From an uncultured Candidatus Actinomarina sp. (GTDB lineage Bacteria > Actinomycetota > Acidimicrobiia > Actinomarinales > Actinomarinaceae), in the NCBI GenBank assembly GCA_902580215.1, contig CACHJT010000001.1:41775-105774 (forward strand): a stretch of DNA of 64,000 bases. The letters run 5' to 3'. The notes under the pieces are model-generated. The model saw nothing but the letters and a program-made list of their open reading frames with translations. It did not search any database and was not told the origin of the DNA. Below are positions 39,334 through 49,338 of this stretch, one piece after another (positions within the stretch are counted from its first letter, which is position 1; each line of letters begins with the position of its first letter). The translations under genes and the position numbers were made by a program.

Positions 39334-40098
39334 ATGATTGATATTTTATTTGGAATCATACAAGGTGTCACTGAATTTTTACCAATTTCTTCAAGTGGAC
39401 ATCTCGTTGTTTTGTCAGAGTTGTTTAAAGACAACAGTTTTAATACATATGAGATAGCGTTTTTACACTTAGGAACATTTTTTTCAATTTTAATTTACTA
39501 CTTCAAAGACATTTTTTCGATATTAAATAACCGTAACTCATTGATTCAAATTTTTAAACTTATAGTTATAGGCGTAATGCCGGCTGCAGCTTTTGGATTA
39601 TTTTTGCCAATAAGTAATTTAATTGATGAAAGTAGCGCGATTTTAGTAATTACAGCTTTAGCTTATATTTTTATTGCGAGTGTGTTGTATTTTGCTGACA
39701 AGCTAGAAGAGGGTGATAAAAGTATATTAGACCTTTCATTAAAAGAATCTCTAACAATAGGATTTGCCCAAGCCCTTGCATTGTTTCCTGGAGTATCAAG
39801 GTCAGGAATTACTCTAAGTACAGCTCTATATTTGAAATTAAAAAAAACTGAAGCAATATTCTTTTCACTTCTTCTTGGATTGCCTACAATTTTTGGTGCT
39901 TGGCTTCTTACATTTATGCAGGCCACAGAACCTATTGATAACTCTTTATGGATACCTTGCATTGCTGCATTTCTTTCCGGACTAGTTGCAATCAGAGTTC
40001 TTATTAACTTTACAGTTAGTTCTAAATTGAACGTGTTTTCAATTTATTGCTTTTTAATGGGTTTAATTTCGCTGGGGACTTACTTAATTAATCTTTAG
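39334..40098 (+). CDS. uppP: undecaprenyl-diphosphate phosphatase
   Basis: 254 aa; ISSSGHL motif and BacA/UppP membrane topology. Confidence 0.88.
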   Translation: MIDILFGIIQGVTEFLPISSSGHLVVLSELFKDNSFNTYEIAFLHLGTFFSILIYYFKDIFSILNNRNSLIQIFKLIVIGVMPAAAFGLFLPISNLIDESSAILVITALAYIFIASVLYFADKLEEGDKSILDLSLKESLTIGFAQALALFPGVSRSGITLSTALYLKLKKTEAIFFSLLLGLPTIFGAWLLTFMQATEPIDNSLWIPCIAAFLSGLVAIRVLINFTVSSKLNVFSIYCFLMGLISLGTYLINL

Positions 40099-41142
40099 AT
40101 CAATCGGTTTCTTTTTAGGTTGAAATTTCAAAATTTCATTAGCAATATCAATAACATTCTTGAAGTTTGGATTATTTTTATAAGCAAATAAATCACTTCC
40201 TTCAGAAGCAACAGTTATATCTTCTTGTAAAGGCATCTCTCCAAGAATTGGTACATCGAGTTTCTTCGATAGGTCTTTTCCTCCATCCTTTCCAAATGGA
40301 TAAAGTTTATTTCCATCAACTTCCATATATGACATATTTTCAATTACTCCAATAATGCTCGCATTAACTTTTTTAGACATAATTCCTGAACGCTCTGCAA
40401 CCATTGTTGCATTTGTTTGAGGAGTTGTAACAACGATGTTTTCAAAATATTTTAAGAATTGAGATAAAGAGATTGAAACGTCACCAGTACCAGGTGGCAT
40501 ATCTATAAGTAATATATCTATATCTTGCCATAAAACTTCAAATAAAAATTGTTCTATAGCTTTATGAAGCATAGGTCCCCTCCATATAACGGCTTCGTCT
40601 TGTTTTACAAAATACTCCATTGATATAACACTTAAATTATTGATTTTTGATGGAAAGATTCTTTCATTAAATGGAATTGGAGGAAATTTAGCTCCCAAAA
40701 TCTTTGGGACCGAGTACCCCCAAATGTCAGAATCAAGAATCCCAACTTTCTTGCCGAGTTCATCAAACGCAATACCAAGTAAGGATGTTATAGTAGATTT
40801 CCCAACACCTCCTTTACCAGATGTGATCCCAATTATTCTTTTGTTTTTATGAAAGTTGTTTTTTAAACCTTCCATATCAATATCTGCCCCCACAATTGCT
40901 GAGACATCCGCTATTTGCTTTTCAGTTGGAGTTTTAAACTTAATCTCTAAATCATTATTTTCATTAATTCTTTGACGTAAAACATCTCTAACCCACTCAA
41001 TCTCAGTAAAGTCGAGAATCTCGCATGATTTTTTCTTTAATTTTGTAATAGCATTTAATTCATCGAGGCTTCTATTAAATCCGGGATAGTTTATATCTTG
41101 TATATCCATGTTTAGTATTGTATTTATATTAGGTAATAACAT
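40084..41142 (-). CDS. apbC: Mrp/NBP35-family Fe-S cluster carrier ATPase
   Basis: 352 aa; deviant Walker A SGKGGVGKST and a CxxC pair. Confidence 0.8.
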   Translation of the reverse strand: MLLPNINTILNMDIQDINYPGFNRSLDELNAITKLKKKSCEILDFTEIEWVRDVLRQRINENNDLEIKFKTPTEKQIADVSAIVGADIDMEGLKNNFHKNKRIIGITSGKGGVGKSTITSLLGIAFDELGKKVGILDSDIWGYSVPKILGAKFPPIPFNERIFPSKINNLSVISMEYFVKQDEAVIWRGPMLHKAIEQFLFEVLWQDIDILLIDMPPGTGDVSISLSQFLKYFENIVVTTPQTNATMVAERSGIMSKKVNASIIGVIENMSYMEVDGNKLYPFGKDGGKDLSKKLDVPILGEMPLQEDITVASEGSDLFAYKNNPNFKNVIDIANEILKFQPKKKPIDLKIN

Positions 41143-41148
41143 TACATT

Positions 41149-41643
41149 ATGATTAAAAGAAATTTACTGCTCATACTTTTAACAGCGCTTGTTGGTATCG
41201 CCGTGTTCAATGCTTCTAGTTCAGATGAGCAAGTCAATACTATTTCAGATATAAATAATGGAATTGAAGTTGATTCACTAAAACAGCTACCTTCATTAAG
41301 TATTGCGGAAATCAAGACAGAGTTTGTCATTCTTAATCTTTGGGCTAGTTGGTGTATTCCTTGTCAAAATGAAGTTGATGAATTATTAAAAATTTCTGAA
41401 CAATCAAATATAACAGTCATTGGTATTCTTGTTGATGACTCAGCATCAAATGGTAGAGAGTTTATTAGAGATAATAAAGTTACTTATAAGAATGTACTAG
41501 AAGAAGAAGAGTCTGACATTGTATTATCGCAGTTCAGTTGGACTGGAATTCCGACTACCTTAGTTTTGGATAGAAATCTTTCAATCTTACATACTCTTAA
41601 TGGTGAAATTACGGCTAACGAAATAATTGAATTAACTAAATAG
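41149..41643 (+). CDS. secreted thiol-disulfide oxidoreductase, thioredoxin-like (TlpA/ResA family)
   Basis: 164 aa; signal peptide and WASWCIPCQNE (CxxC). Confidence 0.75.
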   Translation: MIKRNLLLILLTALVGIAVFNASSSDEQVNTISDINNGIEVDSLKQLPSLSIAEIKTEFVILNLWASWCIPCQNEVDELLKISEQSNITVIGILVDDSASNGREFIRDNKVTYKNVLEEEESDIVLSQFSWTGIPTTLVLDRNLSILHTLNGEITANEIIELTK

Positions 41644-41814
41644 CCATTGTCTATGAGTTGTTTATAATTTACATATGGATGCAATATTGTTTTGGAGAAT
41701 TTTTCTTGTATTGGGAAGCTTGGCTTATCTAGGAGCTTCAGGATTATTTGCATTAAAATTATTAGCTGCTGCTACGGGTAGAAAGCGAATAATAGACATC
41801 TTTATCAGATAGAT

Positions 41815-41891
41815 TGGTAGCGGGGGTAGGATTTGAACCTACGACCTCTGGGTTATGAGCCCAGCGAGCTACCAGACTGCTCCACCCCGCG
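41815..41891 (-). tRNA. tRNA-Met (CAT), probably initiator tRNA-fMet
   Basis: Manual fold: anticodon stem CTGGG/CCCAG with three G-C pairs next to loop CTCATAA. Unpaired 1:72 (C1 opposite U72), discriminator A73, CCA encoded. Confidence 0.75.
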
Positions 41892-41935
41892 CTGAATTAC
41901 TAATAATAATAAGAATTAATTTAAACTCAAGAAAT

Positions 41936-44749
41936 TTAATTGTTATTTAAAAGCTCTATAGCAAGATCTACATACTGTTGAGCTTGTTCGACAAGGTTTT
42001 GATATAAACCTAGGTTTCCATTCTGCAATTCTTGTTGGGCTTTTTCAAAAGCTTTAGTTGCTTTCTCTAGTAGCTCAAGAGCGCTTTCACCTTCTGTGTC
42101 TTCAACATTCTCAGTTGCAAAATCACCACCGAAAACACTAGCCAAAGCCTCAGACAAAGATTCCTCCATGATTATTCTGTCTTGGAAAACAACTACAACA
42201 AATTTAAATTCTGGTAATGGGTTCTGCTCTCCCTGAAGATAAATTGGTTGATAATAAAGTATTGATTGATTTATTGGAACAACAAAAAGATTACCTTTAA
42301 TAACACTTGAACCCTGCTGATCAAGAAGAGTAAATATTTGTGAAATATCAGGGTCTTGGTTAATTCTTGTTGCAACCTGACTAGGTCCATCAACAAATTC
42401 TCCTTTTGGTAGTCTAAAATCGATTAACTGTCCATAATTTTCGGGATCAGCATCTGCGACTAAAAATGACTGCATGTTTGGTCTGTTTTCCGGGTTAAAC
42501 GGTTGAAAAATTAGATAGCTTAAATCGCTTTCCCCAGGCAAGCTCATTAATAAATAATATGGCAACATTGGTTTGAAACCTATTTCAGTAAACTCTCCTC
42601 TTAAAGTAGCAACTCTAGGTGTTGTTGAGGAGTCAGATGGTATTACCCAAGGGTCTTCATCAGCATAAAATACTCTTGGATCAGTCATGTGATAATCTCT
42701 ATACATATCGGATTGTATTGTAAATAAATCTTCTGGGTATCTTATGTGATCAAGCAACTCATTACTCATAGAACTTTTTGGTGTAAACAGATTTGGAAAA
42801 ATATCTTTGTATGACAAAATTAGTGGATCATTTTCGTCAACAACATAGAAATTCATTGTGCCATCATAAGCATTTACGACTGCTTTCACTGAATTCCTCA
42901 AGTAGTTAAAGTTCATAGGGAGGCCAGAATTTTCATTAATTCTTCTCGTATCAGCAGGTTGAGCATAAGGATATTTATCAGACACAGTGTACATATCAAT
43001 TATCCAAAATAAATTTCCATCTATTAATGCTAAATATGGATCATTATCTGTGTACAAGAAAGGAGCTGCTTTTTTAACTCTACTTACAACATTTCTTTCC
43101 ATAATCAATTTTGAGTCATCAGAAAGCTGGTTTGATATTAACAAATTTAACTCACTATATCGTAGTGCAAATCCAAGTCTTCTAAAAAATGAGCCTATAC
43201 CTACACCACCATCTCCTGAATAATTTGTGTAAGCAACTGACTGACCCTCTGTAGACAAGGGATAGTCAACTTCGTCTTGTAAAGAGTTTACAACTACATA
43301 TTCAACTGATTCAGCTGATTCTCCAAAATAGATTCTTGGTTGTTCTACCTCTAATTCACTGACAGTTGTAGTAGCAGGTACACCTTTTACATAAAAATCT
43401 GGCTGACCTTGGCTTGCAACATTATTTGCAGGACTAAAAACTACGCCGTAACCATGAGTGTATTGAAGTCTTTCGTTGACCCAACCAACTGCTGGCAAAT
43501 TTGTTTGGTCTAATTCTCTAGCAGAGACCATGACCTGTGTTAGCTCACCATTAATTCTATAACGATCGACATCGACTTCATCCAGTGCGTAGTAAGCTCT
43601 AATCTCTTGGAGCTGACTATATGTTTCAGCTAAAACAGTTGGGTCCCATAATCTAATATTGTCTACAGTTTGAGCATTATCTGAAATGTCGTCATCTGTT
43701 AAATTAGGTGAAGCCTCAAATGATTTTTCTTCAATACTATCTAAACCATAAGCAAGTCTTGTATAGTTGATATGATTCTCAACATAAGGTAGTTCTTTGT
43801 TCAATTCATCAGGCACAACCCTAAATCTTTGGATTGCTGCAGGAACAACTCCGCCAACAATAATTGAAACGGCAAGCCACAAACTAATTGCAGTAGCTGG
43901 TAGTAACCAGCCTCTTCTTTTAATGTTGACTAGCAACAATACTGCACCAAACAAAGAAATTAATATCAATAGATTTAAGGCTGGTAAGTGCGCAACTACA
44001 TCTGTATAGCTTGCGCCAAAAACTTTACCTCTTGGAGAATACAGAAGCTCCATAGAATCTAATCTATAAGCAAATGCTTTGAGTACAGCTACAAATGCAA
44101 GCAAAACAGAAAGGTGGGCTTTTGCACCACTACTTACCTCTGGCAACCTACCTTGACGAAGCTGTAGAGCCCCTGTTGCAATAAAGAATAAAATAATGAT
44201 AAAGGAAGTAAAGATGACTAATTGAAATCCCCAAGATACAAAAAGTCTATACAAAGGTAATCCAAAAACATAACTTGATACATCATATTGAAAAACTGGG
44301 TCTGCTACTCCGAAAGATTTTTGGTTTATAAATAATAAAACCTGTTCCCATAATTGAGAGGCTCCAGCACCAAGAAATAAAGAAAGACCAATTGCACCCC
44401 AAAGTCTATATTTAAGAAAACGTTCATTAAAAAATTCTCTAAATCTAGTAAGTGGATCTTGAGATTCGAATGATTCAAAAATGTCCATTACAGGCGTTGC
44501 TCTTACTGCAAGTCTTAAATTAATAAATATAAATGCAAATGCTAAAAGGGATGTAGCTGCAACAAGAATAGACTTTGTTAATAGAATTTTTATCCAAACT
44601 GAATTTAAGTCAACAGAGTCAAACCATAGATAATTTGTAAAAAATGTTGCTATAGCTCTTGCAATTGAAAATCCAATAATTCCAACAAAAACAAGAAAAG
44701 ACAAACCTCTTCTTTCGTTACCGGTATTTGCACCACCAATATTGACCAT
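41936..44749 (-). CDS. UPF0182 family membrane protein (actinobacterial signature)
   Basis: 937 aa. N-terminal multi-TM region followed by a large extracytoplasmic domain. Adjacency to a PDZ/Lon protease mirrors the mycobacterial Rv3193c-Rv3194c arrangement. Confidence 0.7.
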   Translation of the reverse strand: MVNIGGANTGNERRGLSFLVFVGIIGFSIARAIATFFTNYLWFDSVDLNSVWIKILLTKSILVAATSLLAFAFIFINLRLAVRATPVMDIFESFESQDPLTRFREFFNERFLKYRLWGAIGLSLFLGAGASQLWEQVLLFINQKSFGVADPVFQYDVSSYVFGLPLYRLFVSWGFQLVIFTSFIIILFFIATGALQLRQGRLPEVSSGAKAHLSVLLAFVAVLKAFAYRLDSMELLYSPRGKVFGASYTDVVAHLPALNLLILISLFGAVLLLVNIKRRGWLLPATAISLWLAVSIIVGGVVPAAIQRFRVVPDELNKELPYVENHINYTRLAYGLDSIEEKSFEASPNLTDDDISDNAQTVDNIRLWDPTVLAETYSQLQEIRAYYALDEVDVDRYRINGELTQVMVSARELDQTNLPAVGWVNERLQYTHGYGVVFSPANNVASQGQPDFYVKGVPATTTVSELEVEQPRIYFGESAESVEYVVVNSLQDEVDYPLSTEGQSVAYTNYSGDGGVGIGSFFRRLGFALRYSELNLLISNQLSDDSKLIMERNVVSRVKKAAPFLYTDNDPYLALIDGNLFWIIDMYTVSDKYPYAQPADTRRINENSGLPMNFNYLRNSVKAVVNAYDGTMNFYVVDENDPLILSYKDIFPNLFTPKSSMSNELLDHIRYPEDLFTIQSDMYRDYHMTDPRVFYADEDPWVIPSDSSTTPRVATLRGEFTEIGFKPMLPYYLLMSLPGESDLSYLIFQPFNPENRPNMQSFLVADADPENYGQLIDFRLPKGEFVDGPSQVATRINQDPDISQIFTLLDQQGSSVIKGNLFVVPINQSILYYQPIYLQGEQNPLPEFKFVVVVFQDRIIMEESLSEALASVFGGDFATENVEDTEGESALELLEKATKAFEKAQQELQNGNLGLYQNLVEQAQQYVDLAIELLNNN

Positions 44750-44775
44750 GTTTATATATTATTTATCTCTCGTGT

Positions 44776-45798
44776 TTAACGTGAACTATACTGTGAAATT
44801 ACTGACAATGCTTCATCGAAAGAATCCACAGCAACTATCGCTGTTTTGTCAGTCTCAAATGGTCTAGCCTCTTCAAAATTAGCAACTGGTACAAGAATGA
44901 GCTCTGCGCCAGCTCTTTTTGCTGCAATAATCTTTTGTTTTATTCCACCAACTGGACCTACTGATCCATCTATTTCAATGGTCCCTGTTCCAGCAACTAT
45001 CATTGAGTTGGTTATATCTTCGGGAATTAAATTATTATAAACATTTAGTGCCATCATTAAACCAGCCGAAGGTCCACCTACATTGCCAGTTTTAATATCT
45101 ATTTCAAAGGGGAAATCAAACCTTTCATTTACAGTTGTGGCTAGAAAACCAACCATAGGCTCCCCCTTATACTCAACATGCTCTATTAGTGTTGTTTCAA
45201 TATACATTTGTTCTTTGACTCCATCTACTTCTCTTAAAAGCCCTATAGAAACTGTTTCTCCTATGGAGTAAGTTCTTAAAGTAGCTATAAATTCTGTTGC
45301 TGAAAATATCTCAATATTATTAATTGAGTTCAGTAGATCGCCTTTTTTCAATTTGTCTTTAACTGGAGAATCATCAAGTAAACCCACTACCGAAACACCA
45401 TCACCCTTAGTATCAATTTCATACCCTAAATTTTGTAAAGCAACTGCAATAGCGACATTTTCTGAAGTTCTCATATTTTGAATACTTATCTCAGTTAATT
45501 CTTTTGGTGAAACACCATCTGGCAAAATTACTTCTCTAGGATACAAATCATAAGATTCGTTAACTAAAGACCAAGCATAAATAAGTGCATTTGCTTCATC
45601 TCTTCTGACTGTAAGTTGAAATAAATTGCCTTCAAATAAGTAATTGTCTATATCGCCATACTCAATTTCCCATTGATAAGGAGGTCCAGGTGACATAAAG
45701 TAATAGTCTGTTGGAATAAGAGCTGCTGAAGAAGTAACAATAAACAAAACTAAAAATATAAGTAAGAATTTTTTTTGATTAACTGTTAAATTTTTCAC
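44776..45798 (-). CDS. PDZ domain + Lon-like (S16) proteolytic domain secreted protein (YlbL/SdrC-like)
   Basis: 340 aa. Signal/TM segment, PDZ region, and Lon C-terminal catalytic serine motif GPSAGLMMAL. Confidence 0.75.
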   Translation of the reverse strand: MKNLTVNQKKFLLIFLVLFIVTSSAALIPTDYYFMSPGPPYQWEIEYGDIDNYLFEGNLFQLTVRRDEANALIYAWSLVNESYDLYPREVILPDGVSPKELTEISIQNMRTSENVAIAVALQNLGYEIDTKGDGVSVVGLLDDSPVKDKLKKGDLLNSINNIEIFSATEFIATLRTYSIGETVSIGLLREVDGVKEQMYIETTLIEHVEYKGEPMVGFLATTVNERFDFPFEIDIKTGNVGGPSAGLMMALNVYNNLIPEDITNSMIVAGTGTIEIDGSVGPVGGIKQKIIAAKRAGAELILVPVANFEEARPFETDKTAIVAVDSFDEALSVISQYSSR

Positions 45799-45827
45799 AA
45801 TTTGATTTTAGGTTATACATATAAATA

Positions 45828-45852
45828 AAGAGCCGGCAAAAGCCGGCTCTTT
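45828..45852 (-). terminator. rho-independent terminator after the ABC substrate-binding protein gene
   Basis: AAAGAGCCGGC-AAAA-GCCGGCTCTTT hairpin with A/T runs on both sides. Confidence 0.65.
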
Positions 45853-45875
45853 AAAATAAGTTAATTAAAACTTAA

Positions 45876-47258
45876 TTAGCTACATGGACCAGCTTCCCAG
45901 TCATAACCTGCAGCTGATGGACCAACATAGTTGCTACTTAATAATTTAATACCACTTGTAGCAGTTGCGTCAGGAATTCCAACAAAGCTTTCTGCGTCAG
46001 CTCTGTTTTGTCCTAACTCTCTAGTTGGCATCATGCCGTCCGAGTCAACATAAACGTTGGCAGCAGCACGTCTGATTCCAGCTCTTGTTAGGTCTCCACC
46101 TTTGACTGCTGCTTCTAATACACCTTTTATATGGTGTTGAGAAGCCCAACCAGCGGTTAAGAACAAGTTTCCAGATTCAATTCCCATTGCAGTTAGTGTT
46201 GCTCGCATAACAGCGTGACCTGGTGTGTCAGCTTCATACGGTGCAACGAAAGCCATGAGATACATAGATCCAGACTGGAATAATGGTGCTAATGCGAAAC
46301 CTTCTGCAGTAAATGCATCATTATATGAAGGTGCAGCCATCATTGCTATCGGAGTTAATCCTTGTTGGAAAGCTCCACCAGCAACCTGAGCCATTTGTGT
46401 AGGCCCAATAGCTGGGAAATAAGCATCAACTGGCTGAGTTACCATTAACCCTACAGCTTGCGCTACGTCAAACTCTGGGCTAGGAACAACATATTCCCAT
46501 GCAACAGTGAGCCCGTTAGCAGCAGCAGCAGCTTTAACGCCAGCGGCGTAGTCTCCACCATAGTCACCGGCAAATCCCATAATTCCTATTGTTTTAATAT
46601 CGACAGGTAAATTAGTCAAAGCCCAGTCAACAGCATTCATACCGTCTGCACAGTATGCTGCACCGAACTCAACAACTAATCCTCTGTCACTCTCTTTATA
46701 AGACCAACCTGAATACCAAGACATAGGAGCAGCAATCATATTATCTGCATCCATATCATCTAAAATAAACTGAGTTTGAGGTGTTCCAAGTGACATTGCT
46801 AATGCAGCAACTTCACCACGTTGTGCCTTATAACCTTCTAAATGTTTTTGAGGATTATATTGTGTATCGTATCCTTCTACAATAGCTACGCTATAATCTC
46901 CAATTCCACCAGATTGATTTGCCCATAGCCAAAATGCTCTTTGACCAGTTTCTAGTGCAGGACCTAAAGGTCCAAAAGGACCTGTATAGTCATTTAATAA
47001 TCCAAGGTAAATACAACCTTTTGATGGATCAGCACCAGTAGGAATTCCTCCTACTGCTTCTGGGCAAGGGTCTGATGTAACTCCAACACCTGTTTCAACA
47101 GTAGATGCTGTGGTAACAGCAGGAGAGTCAAGAGTTTCAACAACTTCAGGAGCTGCTTCTTCAACTGTTTCTTCTGCGGTTTCACTACCACCACAAGCTA
47201 CCATGATTAGGGCTAGAATTGTAAAAAGAATGATTCCCTGCTTACGCAATGGTTTCAT
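45876..47258 (-). CDS. ABC transporter substrate-binding lipoprotein, branched-chain-amino-acid (LivJ/K, Peripla_BP_6) type
   Basis: 460 aa. Lipobox LIMVACGG, then an acidic linker, then a type-I periplasmic binding fold. Confidence 0.75.
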   Translation of the reverse strand: MKPLRKQGIILFTILALIMVACGGSETAEETVEEAAPEVVETLDSPAVTTASTVETGVGVTSDPCPEAVGGIPTGADPSKGCIYLGLLNDYTGPFGPLGPALETGQRAFWLWANQSGGIGDYSVAIVEGYDTQYNPQKHLEGYKAQRGEVAALAMSLGTPQTQFILDDMDADNMIAAPMSWYSGWSYKESDRGLVVEFGAAYCADGMNAVDWALTNLPVDIKTIGIMGFAGDYGGDYAAGVKAAAAANGLTVAWEYVVPSPEFDVAQAVGLMVTQPVDAYFPAIGPTQMAQVAGGAFQQGLTPIAMMAAPSYNDAFTAEGFALAPLFQSGSMYLMAFVAPYEADTPGHAVMRATLTAMGIESGNLFLTAGWASQHHIKGVLEAAVKGGDLTRAGIRRAAANVYVDSDGMMPTRELGQNRADAESFVGIPDATATSGIKLLSSNYVGPSAAGYDWEAGPCS

Positions 47259-47317
47259 TTTCTCCCCCTTAATTTAATTAGTACTAATTATTATTAGAAT
47301 ACTATGTTTTTCAAATC

Positions 47318-48421
47318 CTAGTAGGAAAATGGCCAAGCTTTAAAATAATTGCGTAACCTAAACCAAATACCCCATAAACCTCTGGGTTCAAATATTAGAA
47401 ATAAAATTATAAACAATCCAAATAAAATTCTTTCAATTTGACCAAGGTTTAATGGTAGAGATTGTTCACTAATTTCAAGTGCTTTAATAGCAACAAGAAT
47501 AAATGCAGGAAATAGAGTGTAAAAGAATGCTCCAAATAGCGGTCCGAGAACTGTACCTGCTCCCCCAATTACAACAATTGCAACAAAAATTATCGAATAC
47601 AATAAATTAAAAGTTCCAGGTTCAACTCCCCCAGACACTGTGAAAAACATTGCACCACTTATTCCGCCAAAAAAACTTGATAAAGCAAAAGCTGAGGATT
47701 TATATCTAAAAATATTTATTCCTATTGCTTCGGCAGCTATATCGCCATCTCTAATAGCTGAGTAAGCTCTTCCAGCTCTCGTTCTAATTAGATTTTTTAC
47801 ACCTAAACCTGTAAAAATACATAAAGCTAAGCAAATAAGATAAAGAATTTCATTTTTATCTAAAAAATATGTTCCAATCTGAATTCCGCTTTCTAAATCA
47901 ACTCCAAGCAATTTTAATTTTGCTACTTTTCTTCCTAAGCCAGCACCTCCAGTTACAGTTTTAAAATTTGAAAATAGATGGGATCCAATAAATACTAAAG
48001 CTAAAGTTACAAGACCTAGGTTTAATCCCTTTAATCTTACAGTTATGGGTGCAATCATTAAGCCAACGATCGAAGCAGCTATTCCAGATAAAGGCAGCCA
48101 GATAATCATATCTAACTCGTATCCAATGACGCTTGATGTAGCAATGCCGCCGATAATTGCAGAAGTATATGTACCTATTCCAACAAAAAAACCATGAGCT
48201 AAGTTTATTTGACCTGCAAAACCAGATACTATGTTTAGCCCCCACGAAGCGACTGCAATTAAGAAAGCAGTTGTAAGAAGTAATAGCCAATAATCAGATG
48301 CGAAAAAGCTAAAAACAATTGCTGAAATTACTACAATTACAAACCAAACTTTTTGAGTGTTGTTTGAAAATATTGCAGACTCTTTTGAATAATCTGTATA
48401 AAGATTTGGCCTACCTCTCAT
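47318..48421 (-). CDS. livM: branched-chain amino acid ABC transporter permease LivM-like
   Basis: 367-aa polytopic membrane protein, overlaps livH by 4 nt. Confidence 0.75.
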   Translation of the reverse strand: MRGRPNLYTDYSKESAIFSNNTQKVWFVIVVISAIVFSFFASDYWLLLLTTAFLIAVASWGLNIVSGFAGQINLAHGFFVGIGTYTSAIIGGIATSSVIGYELDMIIWLPLSGIAASIVGLMIAPITVRLKGLNLGLVTLALVFIGSHLFSNFKTVTGGAGLGRKVAKLKLLGVDLESGIQIGTYFLDKNEILYLICLALCIFTGLGVKNLIRTRAGRAYSAIRDGDIAAEAIGINIFRYKSSAFALSSFFGGISGAMFFTVSGGVEPGTFNLLYSIIFVAIVVIGGAGTVLGPLFGAFFYTLFPAFILVAIKALEISEQSLPLNLGQIERILFGLFIILFLIFEPRGLWGIWFRLRNYFKAWPFSY

Positions 48422-49338
48422 ACTCTTTCAACCTCTTCTGTACCAAACAGTCCATCTGGTTTGAAAATTAAAATAACAAACATAATTAAATATGGAGCTA
48501 ATAAAGAAAATCCATTACCTAGAGAAATACCTACAATACCTTCTAATTGAAACTGATAGTAAGCAACATATCCTTGGGTTAATCCAATTATGATAGAACC
48601 AACCACTGCACCTGGAATAGAGTCTAGTCCTCCAATAACTACTGCTGGTAGTGCTCTAAGTGCCTTAACAAAACTAAATTGTGATAAAGTGTTGAAACCA
48701 CCTGTCATAAAGAAACCTGAAAAAGCGGCTAGTATACCTGCAATAAACCAAACTAAACCAAAAATTCTACCTACATTTATTCCCTGAGCTAAGGCAGCTT
48801 CTTGATCAAAAGATGTTGCTCTCATAGCTACTCCGTATTTAGATCTTTTGAAAAAAATAGACAATATAGTTATTAGGACTATAGCTGTAACTAAAGCTGC
48901 AATTTCTAAATATTTCAGGTTTATACCACCTACATTCACAGATCCTAATGTTCCATAAGTTGGAAATGGATCTCCTAAATATCTTGGATTTATACCAATC
49001 CAGCTATCTAGAAAAGTTCTTAAGAGTATATCAATTCCTATTGTTAGTACTGCTACAGAAAACACGGGCTCGCCAACCATTGGTCTTAAAAATGTTCTCT
49101 CAATTATTAAACTTAAAACTCCAGTAAGAATTATTGCTAATAATAATGCGGGTATAAATGGTAAGCCTCTATCCACAGCTAGTGAACTTATTATCCCAGC
49201 ACCAACTACTGCAAGTGCTGGTTGTGCAAAACTCAGTACATCCATAGACTTATAAATTAGTACAAACCCTATTGCAACAAGTGAATATATAGCTGCGAGA
49301 GAAAGCCCCTCAACTGTTGCTTGTAAAAAGATTGTCAA
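48418..49338 (-). CDS. livH: branched-chain amino acid ABC transporter permease LivH-like
   Basis: 306-aa polytopic membrane protein. Confidence 0.75.
   Translation of the reverse strand: MTIFLQATVEGLSLAAIYSLVAIGFVLIYKSMDVLSFAQPALAVVGAGIISSLAVDRGLPFIPALLLAIILTGVLSLIIERTFLRPMVGEPVFSVAVLTIGIDILLRTFLDSWIGINPRYLGDPFPTYGTLGSVNVGGINLKYLEIAALVTAIVLITILSIFFKRSKYGVAMRATSFDQEAALAQGINVGRIFGLVWFIAGILAAFSGFFMTGGFNTLSQFSFVKALRALPAVVIGGLDSIPGAVVGSIIIGLTQGYVAYYQFQLEGIVGISLGNGFSLLAPYLIMFVILIFKPDGLFGTEEVERV

Noticed and set aside
45799-45875. Possible small RNA in the YlbL/SBP intergenic region
   Set aside because: It is fully explained by a single terminator hairpin (45828-45852) plus AT-rich flanks.
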